From contig CAZWVJ010000001.1 in assembly GCA_964636865.1 (NCBI GenBank), positions 118,687 to 182,686 of the forward strand: a stretch of DNA of 64,000 nucleotides. The letters are read 5' to 3'. Below the pieces are notes generated by a model. It saw only the letters and a list, made by a program, of their open reading frames with translations, was not told the origin of the DNA and did not search any database. Of the stretch, positions 61,983 through 64,000 are shown piece after piece. Within the stretch, counting starts at the first letter, position 1, and every line of letters starts with the position of its first letter. This DNA is from an uncultured Syntrophomonadaceae bacterium (GTDB lineage Bacteria; Bacillota; Dethiobacteria; DTU022; PWGO01). The position numbers were made by a program, and so were the translations under genes.

Positions 61983-62714
61983 TTGGCTAAAAACCATACT
62001 GAAAACATGACGGTATTGGAGCACATAGGGGAGCTACGCAATAGGATTATCGTCATTGTTGTAGCTTTTATTATTGCAGTAGTATTTAGTTTCACCCAGG
62101 CCGATTATATCCGTCATCTGATAGCCAGTCCCATTGAAGGTTTTTCATTAGTATATTTTTCTCCTCCCGAGGCATTCATGGCGAATTTACGTATCGCGGT
62201 AATGGTAGGTATTTTTTTAGTTTTACCGGTTATTATCTATGAAATTTTGGCCTTTTTATTTCCCGGCTTATACAAGAGGGAAAAGAAATTTGCGGTGGGT
62301 GTAAGCGGAGGGATTTTATTTTTTTTCGTTGCCGGAGTGTTATTTGCTTATTTTGTAGTAATGCAATTAGTACTCCAGTTTTTTTTGGGATTTCAAACTG
62401 CTCAGCTAAGTCCTACGTTCAATGTGAGCAACTATATCTCTTTTGTTTTTAATTTATTATTAGTATTCGGCCTTTTTTTTCAACTTCCGGTGCTATTTTG
62501 GGTGTTAGGCAAAATGGGTTTAATTACCGCAGATACTTTAAAAAGCAAAAGGAAGTATGCAATATTAATCATGCTAGGAGCAGCGGCCCTAATAACTCCT
62601 CCTGATGTTATTTCACAGGTAATATTAATTGGCCCTCTATTTGTTTTATATGAGCTAGGAGTATGGGCGGTAGTTATTAATGAAAGGAAAAAAACGGATG
62701 AAACTGCTGCTTGA
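61983..62714 (+). CDS. tatC: Twin-arginine translocase subunit TatC
   Basis: LEHIGELRNRII N-terminal motif; six TM helices. Confidence 0.9.
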   Translation: MAKNHTENMTVLEHIGELRNRIIVIVVAFIIAVVFSFTQADYIRHLIASPIEGFSLVYFSPPEAFMANLRIAVMVGIFLVLPVIIYEILAFLFPGLYKREKKFAVGVSGGILFFFVAGVLFAYFVVMQLVLQFFLGFQTAQLSPTFNVSNYISFVFNLLLVFGLFFQLPVLFWVLGKMGLITADTLKSKRKYAILIMLGAAALITPPDVISQVILIGPLFVLYELGVWAVVINERKKTDETAA

Positions 62715-62743
62715 TAATTTATAACGGGGATGAGGAGTTAACC

Positions 62744-63376
62744 ATGTATAAAAATGATGAAGATAATTTAGGTACAGCAGTCATACTTGCCGGTGGAGAT
62801 AGCAAGCGATTTGGTTCACCCAAAGCCTTGTTAAAGTTAGAAGATAAACCCATTATTGAACTTATAGCTTCCAGACTTAAAGAATGTTTTGGAGAAATAA
62901 TAGTAGTTACCAATCAACCCGAGCTTTTTCAACATATGAAAGTTAGATTAACCGGAGATGTTATTACGAGCTGCAAAAAATCTTCTCTTAGGGGTTTACA
63001 TGCGGGATTGTATTATTCTTCGCATAAAAGGAATTTTGTTATTGCTTGTGATATGCCTTTTGTGAACTTGGAGTTAATCAAATATATGCATGCTTACACG
63101 GAAAATCATCATATAGTGGTGCCTTGTGTAGATAACTATTTGCAACCACTTTATGCTTTTTATAGTAAGGAATGTTTTGATACTATAGAAAAAAATTTAC
63201 GGGCAGGAAAGTTAAAAATTGCTGACCTTTATAAGGAGTTTGATGTTAAATATATTCCTAAAGAAATAATATATAATTTTGATCCGGAAGAAAAAGTGTT
63301 TTTCAATATTAATACCCATCATGATTATGCGAAAGTTCAAGAAAACATTAAGCATGAAAAAATATTGGAGAATTAA
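62744..63376 (+). CDS. mobA: Molybdenum cofactor guanylyltransferase
   Basis: AVILAGGDSKRFGSPKALL motif; follows the tat/fdhE genes. Confidence 0.8.
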   Translation: MYKNDEDNLGTAVILAGGDSKRFGSPKALLKLEDKPIIELIASRLKECFGEIIVVTNQPELFQHMKVRLTGDVITSCKKSSLRGLHAGLYYSSHKRNFVIACDMPFVNLELIKYMHAYTENHHIVVPCVDNYLQPLYAFYSKECFDTIEKNLRAGKLKIADLYKEFDVKYIPKEIIYNFDPEEKVFFNINTHHDYAKVQENIKHEKILEN

Positions 63377-63402
63377 GGATAGAGACGTTCAAAATTTATA
63401 TC

Positions 63403-64000
63403 TTATTTATTTGCTCCAAATTTTATTTTGCCGCCGAAAAAAATAAGGGCCAGGGAAATTAAAAGGCTTCCGTAAATAAAATATTCTCCCAGGATACTAT
63501 AAATGGTATTTCTGCGACTAAAATCAGTTTCTAAAAAAAGTATTTCTTCTGTTTCTATTCCCGAACGTAAAATTTCTTCGCCGGTGTAATCGGCGGAAAT
63601 GGTTATCCCGGTGTTTGCTACCTGCGTAACCCCTATTCCCATTTCGGCAGCGCGTATTAAAATTGTATGAGCATGCTGGTCAAGACCATGAGTGTCTCCC
63701 AGCCAACCATCATTAGTGAGGACAAACATATATTGGGCGCCGGCGGCGGCATACTTTCGGCTATAGTTGCCGAAAAATGATTCGAAGCAAATAATGCTAC
63801 CCAGAGGGCGATCATTAAAGTAGATAATATTTTCTTCCTGTCCCCTGGTATAGTTTCCCAAATTTAGCCCTAAATCCAGCCAGCGATTTAAAAGGTCATC
63901 ATAGGGAAAATATTCTACTATGGGGACGAGATATTGCTTGTAATTTTTTTGGAGTCTTCCCGTGTGGGGACTATAGAAAACCACAGAATTATACAAATCA
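63403..64000 (-). CDS. lnt: Apolipoprotein N-acyltransferase-like CN-hydrolase domain protein; N-terminus lies outside the window
   Basis: CN-hydrolase catalytic region (ICFESFF with the active-site Cys) and a C-terminal TM segment. The ORF is open to the window edge. Confidence 0.6.
   Translation of the reverse strand, partial: DLYNSVVFYSPHTGRLQKNYKQYLVPIVEYFPYDDLLNRWLDLGLNLGNYTRGQEENIIYFNDRPLGSIICFESFFGNYSRKYAAAGAQYMFVLTNDGWLGDTHGLDQHAHTILIRAAEMGIGVTQVANTGITISADYTGEEILRSGIETEEILFLETDFSRRNTIYSILGEYFIYGSLLISLALIFFGGKIKFGANK

Overview
This 64 kb window reads as a low-GC Firmicutes (Clostridia-like) chromosome segment from the conserved origin-proximal housekeeping region. It holds about 70 densely packed genes, mostly on the + strand, with short AT-rich intergenic regions. 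Gene order closely follows the Bacillus subtilis origin region: tRNA-Ser, SRP RNA, dnaX-ybaB-recR, guaB, yaaO-like decarboxylase, tmk-holB-yaaT-rsmI, abrB, metG-tatD-yabE-ksgA, veg-ispE, spoVG-glmU-prs-ctc-pth, mfd, yabM-mazG-divIC-yabR, tilS-hpt-ftsH, then pabABC / folE-folP-folB-folK and coaX. I saw no mobile elements, CRISPR arrays, prophage or obvious defence island. Points of interest, strongest first: (1) a HesB/IscA-like gene at 57057-57374 interrupted by an in-frame TGA where the family's conserved Cys sits, which is most plausibly a selenocysteine codon. It lies a few kb from a tatA-fdhE-tatA-tatC-mobA cluster dedicated to formate dehydrogenase maturation. (2) A Phe-specific T-box leader upstream of aroF-pheA. 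(3) A Bacillus-type long SRP RNA directly 5' of dnaX. (4) An exact CIRCE/HrcA operator upstream of an hsp20 gene. (5) A signalling module on the minus strand: a PhnD-like lipoprotein, a histidine kinase with an extracytoplasmic sensor domain and a NarL-type regulator. Downstream of it sit an 11-13 bp inverted repeat, a Rex-box-like palindrome and a small membrane-protein gene, all next to rex and an FMN-binding protein. (6) A hairpin plus T-tract abutting the pabA ribosome-binding site, suggesting attenuation-type control of the pab operon. All product calls rest on motif and family recognition by eye and on synteny; no database searches were run.
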